Source of the DNA: Okamejei kenojei
Lineage: Eukaryota
Length of the DNA: 64,000 nucleotides
Direction of reading: 5' to 3'
Assembly: GCA_035221665.1 (NCBI GenBank)
Contig: JAVHYY010000407.1
Location: forward strand, 1 to 64,000
Below the pieces are notes generated by a model. It was not told the origin of the DNA. It did no database searches and saw only the letters and a program-made list of their open reading frames with translations. The translations under genes and the position numbers were made by a program. Shown piece after piece: positions 1-13,163 of this stretch. Numbering within the stretch: position 1 is the first letter of the stretch; every line of letters starts with the position of its first letter.

Positions 1-229
1 CGTTTGATCTCGCGGTTTTCTGACGTCGGCTTCAGACATCGGCCGTTCCTGGACCGGCGGCTTCTCGGACGTTGCTTCTTGACGGCCTTTCCTGCCGTGA
101 TTCACGGACTCACCCCCCCCCTCCCTCCGAGATTTTATTCTCTACGGGTGCCGAATAAATATCTCGGCAACCCGACCGGTGCAATGCAGTCTCACACAGT
201 CTGTGAAACACGAATGGTTATGTTGCATT

Positions 230-650
230 CAGAGCAAAAGGAATTGATACAAGAGCAGAGGCTCTACTGACGTTGTACAATCTTGTGAAGCAACACCTGA
301 GTATTGCTACAGTTTTGGTCACCTAATCTGAGGAAAAGACATTCTTGCCATAGAGGAGTACAGAGAAGGTTTCACCAGACTGATCAAAGGACAGGTTTAA
401 AGTACAGGGGAAAGATTTAATAAGGATTCTGAGGAGTAACACACATGATGGCGTGTTAAGTAAGAAGCAGTTCAGAGGATTTATTAAGGTGGGATAACCT
501 CAAAGCTATTTAAAGAAAAATGTTAGGACAGGTACATTGATTCGGCAGGTTTGAGAAGATGAAACAAAGTGCAAGCCCGTGCACTATGAAGCTGAACAGC
601 TGATCGTGTGTGCAAGTTTGACCGAAGGCCGTTCCACGCTACTCTAACTG
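230..650 (+). mobile_element. CR1 LINE 3' fragment, degraded
   Basis: Recognisable similarity to the CR1 ORF2 3' end at 38650-39250 (cacctgagtattg...aatctgaggaaaagacattcttgccatagaggagtacagagaagg), followed by a CR1-type tail (gaccgaaggccgttccacgct). Confidence 0.65.
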
Positions 651-1227
651 TCTAAAATGTTTAGTAAACGTGGCCTTATACAAATACCGGCCTTAATATT
701 TCCTCCGGCATCTGTTCCAGACACCCACACAAACTTTATAAAAAATTGCCCATCGTGTTCCTACTGAACTTTTCCCACTCATCTTAAAACCCAATTCCTC
801 CATTCTAGATTCCCCTATATCTGCGCAACTGACTGTGGTGAGTGTTGCGGTTGCATGAAACTCCGTGATTCTGTCCACCTCTAGCAGATAGGGCCTCATC
901 CTCCTGCGCACTAAGAAATAAGTACCTAGCCTGCTCAACTTCTCCCATACCTAAGGACCTCCAATCCCTGCCAACTCCACGTTAGTATTGTCTGCACACA
1001 TTCCAAGCTTGACAAAATATTTCTAAAACATGTGGCCAAACTGAACATTAATTTTAAATGTGACCTCACCAACGAAGTACGTCTTACCAACCTTAATGTA
1101 AGGCCCCAGAATAAGAAATGACATCACTCGAACGGAATTACATGATAGACACCTCATAGACAGCCGCAGATAAGGAACAGTAAGCAGACTATTGAAAGAA
1201 AATGAGAGCTCCACAATTATATCTAGT

Positions 1228-1692
1228 AGTATCCTTTACGAGAATGATTGCCAGGTTCCATCAACTATGTACAGAGAAAGTTTAAAAAGTTAGGTCTTTT
1301 CTTAGAAGCGCAGAAGTTAAAGGGGACTTGATTGAGTCTTTAAATGATGAAAGGGATAGACGATTGACGTGGATTCGTTTATCCCCCATTTAGGTAGGGA
1401 AGGTTTCACAAACAAAGGGGCATGACGTGAGAATTAAGGGACAGATTTTCGGTAACGTGAGGAAACTGTCTTTACTCAGAGTGTGCTGTGTGGATCAGCA
1501 TGCGCAGGAGTGGTGGAGGGTAGATCGATTTTAACATTTAATATTAAGTGGATAGGTATATGGACGTAAGGGAATGAGGGGTATGGTCTGATGCAGTAGA
1601 TGGACTAGGGAAAACAAATGGCGACACGGACTGGAAGGCCTGAGAGTGCCTTTCCGTGCTGTAATTGTTATAGGTTATCTGTATATAATGGA
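1228..1692 (+). mobile_element. 5'-truncated CR1 3' end inserted in duplication copy A only
   Basis: CR1 3' sequence absent from the paralogous site at ~12550; flanked by the short direct repeat tatcctt (~1220 and ~1693). Confidence 0.6.
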
Positions 1693-2197
1693 TATCCTTA
1701 ACACATCAATATTAACTGTGACTTGGTTCAGGGCAAGAGATTAGACGTGGCAGAAATTGTTAGTGTTATCCAAGAGAGTAATAAAACTTTATTGATACGA
1801 TTGTCTGATTCCAGAAGGCACTGCATAAAATCTTGCCATTGGAAATAGATAGGAGATAGAGCAGGAGTAGAGAGAACCCCGTCCGGTCAGTACTGGTGTA
1901 ATCTGAAGAGCATTTATCGACAGCGATCGAAGTCCATAGGTTTTTAAAATTCATTAAAATAGAGACAAGTTTGATTAATTGAATCACTTAATTGGGCATA
2001 CGGGGAATCATTGAAATACCAGCTGAACAAAGTATACTACAAATGATGATAAAAGCTGATAAACTTGATGGAGCGGAGCTTAGAATGTGGAGCCCGTGAT
2101 TTCCAGCATGGGAAGTTGACAATTGGCATATCATCATTTTACAACATATAACTGAAAGTTTATACCGGGCCAAAGAAATCAATCTGTCGGAAATAAA

Positions 2198-3190
2198 TAT
2201 ATATTAATCGACTGAGCCTTATTCATCACCACCAAGGATATTTCACCGCCTTCTTCAACTCCAGTCTGAACTTGGCCTTGTCACGCCGTAAATTAAAGGA
2301 ATTCGTGCAGAACTGAGTCAGAGCATGTTAGTAGCTTTCTTGAAATGGACCGTGATTACTGAAACTTAAACCAAAATAAGAACCGCCCTTCAATCCAATT
2401 ACATAAAATTGCGACATACGTAACCCACAAGAAGCAGAAAAACTGCGGAAATGCTGAAAAGCAAAATTAATGATTTTCTTTCTTTCTATCTCCGTTCTCC
2501 ATTTCTGCATCAATCCCATCCTCGAGGCAACCCGCACCTTGTTACCAACGAAGTGCATTGTGCGATTTGGTTTGGACACAAAATACGTGTCTCCTGCCTT
2601 CTAGTCAGAAACACATTGAACAAAAATTATCGAAGCGGAAGGAAGAGAGTGTTAAAAATGCTATCCCATCAATCGTAGGCTTTCCCAAGCCAAGTTCAGC
2701 AGCGACTCTACACACAAGCTATACTTCATAAGCACAAACCAGGGCACTCCGTTCCACTATTACAAAATGGTGTATGCAAAGTAGTAAGGGACACCTTACA
2801 CCGCTCAGGACACAGACAGCAAGACTATACCACGAAGGGGCTAATGTTCCTATCATTCTATTAGACAACCCCGCGGTTTCTCGAGCAGTAACATCTTTAT
2901 TAGCTGCCGGCAGCAATAGGTTGCGAATCGGGGGATCGGAAGTGAATGCAACCGTCAGCCACACCGATGAATCCATTGCTTGTATAAATCATCACCCATG
3001 CTGAAACTACAGCGGGAGTGTGGAGAAGAAACTGTTAATAAAATAGATCCCGAGGAATCGAATCATATCACGGCGGAGACAATTACCTGCAGAATCCGAC
3101 ACCGCCAATGGACCCTAAGTAATACGTTACAACACTGGAGTCCACACACCTCGAGCTCTGCGATAGGAATCACAACGGCCGCTATGTTCG
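2198..3190 (-). pseudogene. GPR139-like GPCR copy A, exon 2 (many indels; decay or consensus error)
   Basis: Collinear with 21020-21936 over its whole length; ORF pieces read ANIAAVVI and DSSVWLTVAFTSD; the acceptor has lost a base (cgttaa vs ctgttaa). Confidence 0.85.
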
Positions 3191-3599
3191 CGTTAAAGAA
3201 ACGACGATAAGGGTAAAGAGTAACGATAAAGGAATGTTTGGGTGGGTGGGGGTATGCCTTTTGATGATTGTCCAAAGCACCCCCAATTCATTCTAGTCAT
3301 TTGATACGTCATCACATTTGAAACTCGTGAGGCTGGAGAAATGTCATCCCACAAATGGGCATCAACGTCTGGCAGCAGAAAGCATTGGTGCCCAATGTCA
3401 TTGCACACATTCCGGAGGAGGTGTGTGTTTATTCTCAATGGCGAAATAATACCAAAATGCATGATCACCCATGCTGCCGGTAAACCATAGAGCACCTTGA
3501 ACGGGCCGCGTAATTAATCCATGCTCCTATTGATTTGTTTCTAATGTCGCTGGGAGAATTGCACAGACGTGATTTGGTTCCATTGTTGAAATCAGCACT

Positions 3600-4780
3600 C
3601 CATGTGAATTCACAACTCTCTGTGTGAAAGGGTTTCTCCTCATCTGGGTTCTAAATAGCTTTCCCCGTAGTCTTAAACTGTGGTCCCTGGTTTTGGACTC
3701 TCCAACATCGGGAACATGTTTCGTGCCTCTAGTGTGTCCAAACATTGAAAATTATATGTTTCAATAAGATGCCCTCTCATCCTTCTAAATTCCAGAGTAT
3801 TCAAGCCTAGCCACTACATTCCATCAACAGATGATAGCACCCGCCTTCCCGGGAATTCACCTCGTAACTTACTCCACTTCAATAGCAAGAATGTCCCATC
3901 ACAAATTTTTGAAAAACCCAAACTGCATACAATACTCCAGTTGTTCTCACTAGGTTGGCCCTGCCAACTGCAAAGGACCTGTTTTTCTATCCTCAATTCC
4001 TCTTTTTAAAAGGACCCACAAGCCATTTGCATGCTTCACTGCCTGCTTGTACCTGCATGCTTACTTTCAGTGACCTGTTGAACAAGGACCCGCATCTCGT
4101 TGAACTCCTTTTTCTTTTCCAACTGACAGGGACCATTATCAAATGCTTTCCGATAGTCCAGGTACACTACATCCACTGGTTATGCCAATGGTCCTTTTCC
4201 TAGTTAAATTTTCAAAATTCCGGAAGATATTCCACATGTTTCCCTTCGTCTATCCGTTGGACTCGAGACCGATCTAAACTGCTATACAAATATGCCGCCC
4301 TATATAATGAATCCAACATCTTCCCCTCCACGGATTCGGGCAAACTGAACTATAATTCCCTGATTTCCACTCATACCGTTTTTTCTTTAAAAAGGCGTTA
4401 ATATTAGCTACCCTCCCATCCACAGGAACTGATCCTGAATCTTAGGACATGGAAAATGACACCAAAGCGCAACAGATTCTATGGTCATTTCATAAGCTGG
4501 AAGGCAGACCATCAGTCCAGGGGGATTTATCAGGCCATCAGTCCCATACCATTACCTGCCTAATGTAATGTCTTTATTCCTCCGTCACCCTAGCTCCACT
4601 GGCCACTATTACATCAGGAGATTGTTTTGCGTCTTCCTTAGTTATGACGGATCCAAGATACCTGTTAAACTCCTCTGCCATTGCCTTGTTTTCCCCATAA
4701 TAAAATCACCTCTTTCAGTCTCAAAGGGTCCAACTTTGTCCTAAACAATGTTTTTCTGCTTCACATACCTAAAAATTACT
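3600..4780 (-). mobile_element. CR1 LINE ORF2 fragments in the GPCR copy A intron
   Basis: Minus-strand translation KTRDHSLRLRGKLFRTQMRRNPFTQRVVN; partly paralogous to 22330-22943. Confidence 0.7.
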
Positions 4781-5149
4781 ATACTATGCCCGATGCTTCC
4801 CGCATCGCTGCCCCACTTAGGCGGATAAACAGAATCACGAGTTGGCATGGAGAGACTCCCTGTCAGAACATATCATTGAAATGCAAATTCAACTGAGTGA
4901 TAGCAGCAAGACGCAAGATGTTGAAAACGGACTATATATTTTCTCAATGTGGGGAAGACCATACCGCGACCATAGAAGCATGTTCAGTTTTCATCCTTAC
5001 TGTAGAAAAAAGGGAACATTGCATAATATGAAGTCTTGGAAAAGGAAATTTCGACCTTTGTATGCTCCGTACGTGGGATACTGCCATTCTTTTCTGGAAT
5101 TCGGTGCTTTTCGAGATTGAAACACAATGCTTATTCCTGTCCTCACAGT

Positions 5150-5960
5150 GTCTCGTTCTGATCGCGCGTGTGTACGAGTCTCCTTCGATGTCACGCAGTC
5201 CACGCTCTAGCTCCCCCTCTCCCATGTTCGCAAACAGAACAGAAACACGCCTACTCCTTCCTTTCACCACGTCAGCCATCTGATACATCCCAGTAATCCG
5301 ACCGACATTTTCCAACCTGCAAAAGGCCCCACCACTAAAGCCACATCTATCCAGCTCCACCACGTTTCCTCTGCCTTCCCCAAAGAGGAGTTCCTTTCAA
5401 CCTCGCCCTGGTTAATTCATCCTATCCTCACACCAAATCACCGCCATCCAAGGGTAATTTTGCCTGCAACTGCACACGATGCAACACCTGTCCCTATACC
5501 GCCTTCTCCTCGACACACCGTCCAAGATCCCGACTTTCTTTTCAGTGAGGCAGAGTTACAACTTGGACCTCATTGAACCTCAGCTACCGTACCATATTCC
5601 AGTTGTCGATTCCCTATAATAGCGAGATTAAGCACACGCTTGGATTTCATTTCGCTGAACACGTCTGCTCAGTCGCAAGGCACACGCCATTTACCAGCTG
5701 CTGAACACTTTAACTCCCCTTCCCAGTCCAACATGACCTTTCCCATCGTGTGATTATTCCACTCTCAGGTTGAGGTCGAACGGAATATGTAGGACCAGCA
5801 CCTCATATTTCGATTCACAGTCTGAAGAAGAGCCTCGACCAGAAACGTCACCATTATTTCTCTACAGAAAATCTGCATGATCCGCTGAATGATTCCCGCG
5901 GTTTGGGGTGTCTGGTTTTCAGTGTGAACCAGCATCTGTAGATCCTTCCTGCAACAATAG
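5150..5960 (+). mobile_element. Penelope-like element fragment (GIY-YIG endonuclease region plus pseudo-LTR)
   Basis: Degenerate coding for the Cys-rich motif (tgcaactgcacacgatgcaacacctgtccctatacc, C-x3-C-x2-C-P-Y-T) and ...FAEH..., followed by tctgaagaagagcctcgaccagaaacgtcacc. Confidence 0.7.
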
Positions 5961-8052
5961 GCAAACTGTTTTTTTTTTTCATTTTTATAAAGCAGGAAAG
6001 GGAGTACAAAATTCAGCTTGTTTCACAGAAATGTCACCTCCATCGTCTTATTCGCTCTCTTCATCAGACTGTGATTCGTGGGAGAGGGAGACATGGAGAT
6101 ATGTAAAGGTAAGGTAATAAAAAATACAGATCATAGGGGGATGAAAATCATGGAAATGTACATTAATTAGCTGAGCGAAGTTGAGAAAGAGGCATACCAT
6201 CAGTAACAATTAATCAGGAGGACAGAAAAACTAGTCGGAGAACTGGGATGGGGAGGAATGGAGAGAGAGGGAAAGCAACGGATACGTGTTGTTAACCAAA
6301 TCAATATCTCCCAAGCACAAGTACCGCCGCTATTGCAATAATCGGGACGGTCCGGTGTTTATGTCCTAACTTGTTGCAATGGCAATATAGAATAGAATGC
6401 AATGAATTCACAAAGGGGTTGTTCCAGATAAATTTAAATATGAAGCGCAGTATAATCGAACAAAACATAAATTAACTAAAATTCTGTAGATTAATCCCCA
6501 TTACTTCATGTGATCTATGTATGGTTTTACCGGTTTGCACACTTGATCCAAATCCAGTTCAGGTCTCCACTATGTTTTATCTTGTGTGCCAATTCGGCGT
6601 TTCTGCTTTAGATTCATCTTAGAGCTTGAACCTGCAACAGTTCCGTGCGTTCTCTCTACAGTTTATACTAATAATGAACACACACGAAGCTGAAATTCAC
6701 CTGCGATGTCACCTGTCGAAGTCCCTGCGAAAATACTTTTGGGCGAAACCAGTGTTGATCGAACCACCACCAACCGTGCTATCAGCTGCATAGAGTACGG
6801 GCAGAGGACCGTCCCGTACGCCTGCGAGACGGTTTGTAAGCCCAACCCCCATGTGCAAAGACTGTGTTTGGACACTCCATCACATACTTTAATTGATTGA
6901 GGTCTTCTTCGTTCTTTTGTATCTTGCTCATTTCGTACCCTCCATTGCATAGCTTGACGCTTACTTCCTTATATTGTGATGTTTGTAATTGTAGTTTTTA
7001 TATACTGTTTTTAGTTGCGAGCTGATGCTTAAGAATGAGGATGTAAATCAATCACCATTAGATTGGTGTGATCCAAGTCCTGTTTTTATTGTTGTACACC
7101 TGATCAGTAAATTTCAATTCAGGTCTTCCACCATGTCATCTAGTGTGCCAGTACGTCGGTTTCTTTAGATTCATCTTGGAGCTTGAACCGCAACATTTAC
7201 ATATAATCGCTGTACATGCTTATGCAATAAATAACTCATATACAAGAAGCTGAACGACTAAGTGTTTATACATTGTTTAGAGTCTGAAGGAGGGTTTTTG
7301 GCCCGAAATGTTGCCTATCTCTTTCGCTCCATAGATGCTGCTGCACCCGCTGAGTTTCTCCAGCATTTAGTGTACCCCAGTGTTTTATACATATTCGTAC
7401 AATTTACACTCTTTGCAAAACAGATCCGTAATGCAGTTATGCCACATAAGATGAATAATACAGCAGAAAACCCCCAACTGGACAGAATCACAGCAATTTA
7501 ACATAGTTTTTTTAATTTAATACGTTTACAACTGCCCTGCACCAAAAATGGAAATTAATATCCTCGCATGCTACATAATGTACCTGAGAACAAAGTACAC
7601 GTTTGCACCTCACATTTTTACTGTAAATAGTGGCGGAATCGATTATTAATGTAACAAAAAAAAAGTATATTTAATATGTATTATACCAACCAAAAAAAAA
7701 ACCCCCTCTTCTAAAAGAGTGGTGTGAATATTTAATGACACACAACCGCTCGTGTTAAGCTTACGGTGAGGGTGAACCGCACACTGATATTCACGCCATC
7801 TGAATTCATTTGCCAAAAGCCTAAACCATCATCATGCCGAAGAGATCAACAGCAGAATGTCACTGAGTATCAGCAGCATCGCATACAATCAGCAAACAGT
7901 GGAGTTTGCAAACGGGATACGAAATTGCAGTGGATGACTCAGAGGCTCAGATGACGAAAATCCCATGACGTTAAAATGTAGGAGTCACAGTAAATGTATA
8001 TACACAAATTTAGATAAACGAATTTGGACCCCTTCAAAGAGGTTAACCTTAC

Positions 8053-8121
8053 GTGGAACTCAATGATTGCGATAAAGGGGTAGTAAATGGCAAACACAAG
8101 CCCTCTTGCTGGTCCGTGCAT
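8053..8121 (-). pseudogene. GPR139-like GPCR copy A, coding exon 1 (1-nt deletion)
   Basis: Reads MHGPARGLVFAIYYPFIAII then donor gtaagg; 69 nt versus 70 nt in the paralogue at 28981-29050. Confidence 0.85.
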
Positions 8122-8546
8122 TGTCTTCAAATGAGCGAGTCCTGTTATCCCCAAACATGCAGCATGTCGCACTTATATTTTCCGCGAGAAACACCAGAGA
8201 GTCAATTTATCTAAAGTTATCCACAGTTCGAACGATCACGAGTGCCGCCGTTTCAGATTCATGGCATTGTTGTTTTTTTTACACTCCACTGTAAAACGGA
8301 ATACATGCCCCAAATGGAAACAAATAACACAAATTGGATAATCAACACATTATTGAATGTTTCCCCGAAAAAATAATATATAGATGTGTTTTCCCTGCTC
8401 TGCATATTGTCCGATGTTACTTTACCTCCAACGCTCGAGCATATCACAACCAATGAGTTCCAACGAAATGAAAGTAAAAACAAAACTCTCTCGGCCACCA
8501 AGAAGCGTCACTTCAGCAACATTCAATTTTGCTAAAGGAACACTGA

Positions 8547-8552
8547 GGGGGG

Positions 8553-8599
<47 letters not shown>
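8547..8599. repeat. poly-G tract
   Basis: About 50 G; absent from the paralogous site at ~29460. Confidence 0.9.
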
Positions 8600-8601
<2 letters not shown>

Positions 8602-8859
8602 GATATTAATGCGACCAGCGAGATTAATCAAGTCATGTTCTTTCTGTGAGTAAATAAAGTTAGAGCATTCGAAATATACCGCTCAGTTTCGGCCTCACCA
8701 TGCTGATTTTATTATGGACCTTTGCCTATGATGGTCGCTCTGCTTGTGATACCATCTTTGTTTATCTTAACAAATACAGTTTCAGAATCGCCTTAATAAA
8801 TCGATTCAACAAGCGACTTGCTTGATTAAAGCGTAGCCGACCTTTCTTTAAAGTTGAAT

Positions 8860-9480
8860 GTCCATCAATCCCACCTGCCAGTGTTTGACCCATATATTTC
8901 TAAAACGTTCCTATTCATGCACCTCTCCAGATGCGTTTTAATTATTTTACAGTTCATGCCACAACCACCTCATCAGGCAGCTCGTCTAGTAACCCCCACA
9001 ATGCAATGTGCAAAAGGATTGTGCCCCTGATAATTTGTTGTTCCTTTTTACATTAAGCTTATCTTTTCTTGTTCTTGTTTCCCCCAATCTGAATACAAGA
9101 CACTGCGCATTTCACCCTGTGTAATTCTCTCGCAATAGTAGCTACCTTGCAAGAGCACCACTCTTTATCATGCGGTCCAAGGAAGAAAGTCCTAGTCCAC
9201 CCAAATATCTCCCTATGTTTCAGTCCCTCAGGTCTGGCAACATGTAATTATTCAATGCTCACCCAACATAATTGCTAACAGTAGTGTGGACATACCGGAA
9301 CCAAATACTCCAAACGTGGTCTTACCAACGCCTTGTACAATGGTGACATGACATACTTATGCCCTGACTGATGAAGGCCAATGTACAAAAGCCTTCATTA
9401 CTAAACTGTCCTACCGGTGATACCAATTTCAGGGAAATAAGTGCCTACGCTGCTAGATACCTCAGCACTACAACATTGCG
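8860..9480 (-). mobile_element. Old CR1 3' fragment (paralogue at ~29730-30350)
   Basis: Reverse-complement CR1 motifs (ccaaatactccaaacgtggtcttaccaacgccttgtacaa). Confidence 0.6.
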
Positions 9481-10704
9481 TAGACTTCCGCCAAGCTCAC
9501 TATGACGTATAATGATGTAATGCTCCATCTACATACAATCATCCATGTGGGCCTTCCTGAAGGCTAATTCTAAATTTCTATTTTAATTTTGCATCCATTG
9601 TCACTGTTTAAAACCATTGGCCTTTTCACTTATTTCCTTTCTCATTAACAATTGATGTAATTACACAACTTGGTCGATTAAACGAAATGTGTTGTTGGAA
9701 CAAGTTCTGAGCTTCGTCTGGAAATGTCCACACTTGTCTGGCTTTGTATGTTAAAGAACATTTAGGCACGCATATCTTTACTGAGGGCAAATCAGAACAC
9801 CGTGCACAGAGAACTGAGCACAACACGCAGTCCACGGAGCACGGAAATGAGGAGCAGAGTAGAACGCGGGACTATGGAACGCAGAGAACCGATCACAGAG
9901 CACTGGGCGTAAACCACATAGCATGGCCTTTGTCGAGCTACCAGTCAAATGGAGAACTGATGTCCCTCTGTTTATGACAAGCATGGCGAATAGAACAGAA
10001 ATGCACGTCGGTGAGGATGAAGTCCGTGGTGGTGGAGATTCTTCTGGATATAACGTTTTCAGGTGAAAGGGCAAAATGCGGAATAGGAACTTGAGGGGTA
10101 ACTCTTTCACACAAAGGCTGGTGTATGGAACACGCTTTCAGAGGAGGTGGTTGAGGGTGGGACAAGCGAAACGATTAAGAAACAACGAAATAGGTACATG
10201 GATATAACACTTTTTGTTGGGAAATGGACCAAACGCGGACAAGTGGGACTAGTGTACAGGATGTGTTTAGCCTGTATGGGCAGGTTGGGCCGAAGGGACT
10301 GTTTCCAACGCTGTATCACTCTATGACTATGGATAGAATCTACTCGCATAGAGAAAAGGTGGATTGTATTAGGGTATATCTTAGAAATGTTCATTGTTTT
10401 CAAATCATGCGATGATACATGTAGACTCAAAGAAATGCAAATGCAGGGTAACTTGCGTTGAATACGAAGTATGGGGTAACTAAGCGGTTCATGTGCAGGG
10501 CAAGGCACACGACATTGTCCCAATCCCAATCAAGTTTGAAGGGGGCATTGGGAGGGAGAGTGTGTGGGGAGGGGTTGTGTGTGAGGGAGGGTGTGTGTGT
10601 GTGTGTGTGGGAGGGGGGTTTTTCGGAGGGTGTAGTGTGTGGAGGGGTTTGTGGGTTGTTGGGGTCGTGGAGGGGGTGTATGTGGGAGGGGGAGTGTAGA
10701 TTAG

Positions 10705-10852
10705 TGTAGATTAGTGACTCATGCTATGTATTTTAGAGTCGCGGTCTGCTGCATTCCGTTCGTCTTAAAGTGAATGCCTAAGTGAGAAGTTGTAACCAAT
10801 AAAACGATGTAAACAAATATGTTGTAAGGCAACTGTTATTATAAGAACTACA
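10705..10852 (+). mobile_element. Short LTR-like segment
   Basis: TGTAG...CTACA inverted termini and internal AATAAA, embedded in G-rich low-complexity DNA; no clear TSD. Confidence 0.4.
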
Positions 10853-10969
10853 CATCGACATGGAGGGGTGTGGGTGGGGGGGGGGGGGATTGTGGGCAAT
10901 ATGGGGAGGGGTATGGAGGTGTGTATTTGGATCTCCTGAACCTCAGGAATGTTTCCAGGGATCCGGCCA

Positions 10970-11865
10970 TGGGGTCACCTGCTCAGCGTCTGATGTCCAG
11001 AACAACCAGATCTACCATACCGATTGCCCAGCGCCAGCTGAAACCTCGGGTGCTGGAGCCTGCCTCCGTGTAGAGGCGAATTCAAGAGAAACATGACAGC
11101 CAGCGGCGTTCCCACGATCGGTCGTGCAGGCCACTCTATCCTCTGTTGCTTGGACAGGTTGTTCGGTTGCAGACCGCCGGTGGTCACTCCCGTCTGGCTA
11201 CCATGGTTGGGATGGCCGACTCACCTCATTCGTATCTGGTCGACTATGAGGGTACCATCTACCGAATAAGCCGACAACACCTGCTTGCAGTTAATGAGCC
11301 GAAGTCGCAGCCCCCGGGGCCCTATGCCCCGCCACTCTCATACCAGCAGCCGGCTGCCGTACCAGCCAGTGTCCTCTGCATGCCTTGACCCCATATCGAG
11401 CGCCTGTTTCCCCTCTGCGCGCGTCCCCTGTTGCCGGTCACGGTTCTCACTCTCCTGTTTCTCCCACCCCACCGCCCTTCCCTGGTTCCCCAGCTGCCTC
11501 GTGTCCTCCTGTTTCTTCTGCTCTTTTGGGGGAAGGGAGAGACATCCGCACGCGCTCGGGCCGGATTAGTAAGCCACCTGTTCGTTATGGCGATTTTGTT
11601 TTATTCTGCTGTTTAATTCCGTTGTCGTGACAACCATCTGTTTTGATTTTCTAAGGGGAAGGATGTAGATGGTTTATATGCAACCAATAATATAGTTACC
11701 TCAGTACCATTAACCCCGCCTAGTTAACATCAATCATAACACCTTCCCCTTCCTGGGTACAGTTCAGTAGAAGAATGCAGCCAGTGCTTGAGGATGTATG
11801 TAATACCTTGTGCTATCATTAAAAGATGTTGCACTCTTTAAGAGTTTGTGAATTGCTTATTTACA
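10970..11865 (+). mobile_element. Gypsy LTR retrotransposon 3' end (integrase C-terminus, PPT, 3' LTR)
   Basis: SPAQRLMSRTTRSTIP...GQVVRLQT...PHSYLVDYEGTIYRISRQHL...TRSGRISKPPVRY; polypurine tract aaggggaagga ending at 11663, then TGTAG... LTR with attaaa. Confidence 0.85.
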
Positions 11866-13163
11866 GATATGAACCAAATGCATGTCCATGGCACTAGGTG
11901 TACCTGGAACATGTTGGTCGGTGTGTGCAAGTTGGGCCGAAGGCCGTTTCCACGCTGACTCTCTCTGTCTAAATGTTTTATAAACGTGGCCTCAGAATAC
12001 CCGCCTTAAATTCTTCCTCCGGCATCTTGTTCCTGACACCCACCACTAACTGTGTAAAAATGTTGCCCATCATGTGTCTGCTGAACCCTTTCCCACTCAC
12101 CTTAAACCCATTTCCTCTATGTCTCGATTCCCATGATTTGGGCAAGAGACTGTGGGGGAGGGGTGTGTGGGGTTACACTTATAGAAGATAGGACCTCGTC
12201 CTCCTGCACTCCAAGAAATACGGTCCTAGCCTGCTCTGCTCAACTTCTCACATTAACTAAGGCCCTACAATCCTGCCAACATCCACGTTAGTATTCTCTG
12301 CACTCTTTCCAGCTTGACAAGATATTTCCTAAAACATGGTGGCCAAAACTGATCATTATATTTTAAATGTGACCTCACTAACGAGGGTACATCTGACGAA
12401 GCATTATGGTGAAGGCACCAGAATAAGAAATGAGCAATCACTCGAACGGAATTACATGGTAGACGACATCATAAACAGCCGCAGATAGAGGATCAGGTAT
12501 GCAGACATCTTAAAGAAGATTGAGAGCTCCACAGATTTTATCTAGTGGGTATCCTTAACTTCATCAATATTAACTGTGACTTGCTCAGGGCAAGAGGATT
12601 GGACGTGGCAGAATTTGTTAGGTGTTTCCAAGAGGCTTTGCTTCAATAGAATACGGATAGTCTGACACGAGAAGGCACAGTATAAAACCTTGCATTGGGA
12701 AGAGAGCCTGGTCAGGTGACTGGTGTAATCTGGAAGAGCATTTAGAGACAGCGATCTGAAGTCCATGGTTTTTTTAATTCTTTTGAATAGAGATAAGTTT
12801 GGATATTTGGGAATATAATTAACTGGGACAAGGAACGTCAAAGTCTCATCATGCAGAGGTGAAGGGAAGTAGTTTTGGAGCAGTTGTTATTTGTTAGGTC
12901 CACATATCATATCTGGGATTCGTTGAAAGACCAGCTGATCAAAGTTAGGATCAGCATGTTACATTAAGGCGAGGGGATATTCGGCAAAGGAACCGTGGAT
13001 GACCAATTAATTTGGAAAACTGAACACGAAGACGATTGGATGGGCCTGGACGTTGGTGGGCGGGGGCATGGGGGTGAGGGGGGGGGTGGGATGGAACGTA
13101 ATTGGCGAATCGGTTCAAGAAAATTCTAAAGGCTCTTGATATGCATGTTATAAATAAAAGGGT

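Noticed and set aside
8384-8653. Poly-Gly / poly-Pro ORFs
   Set aside because: Caused by a poly-G run that is absent from the paralogous copy.
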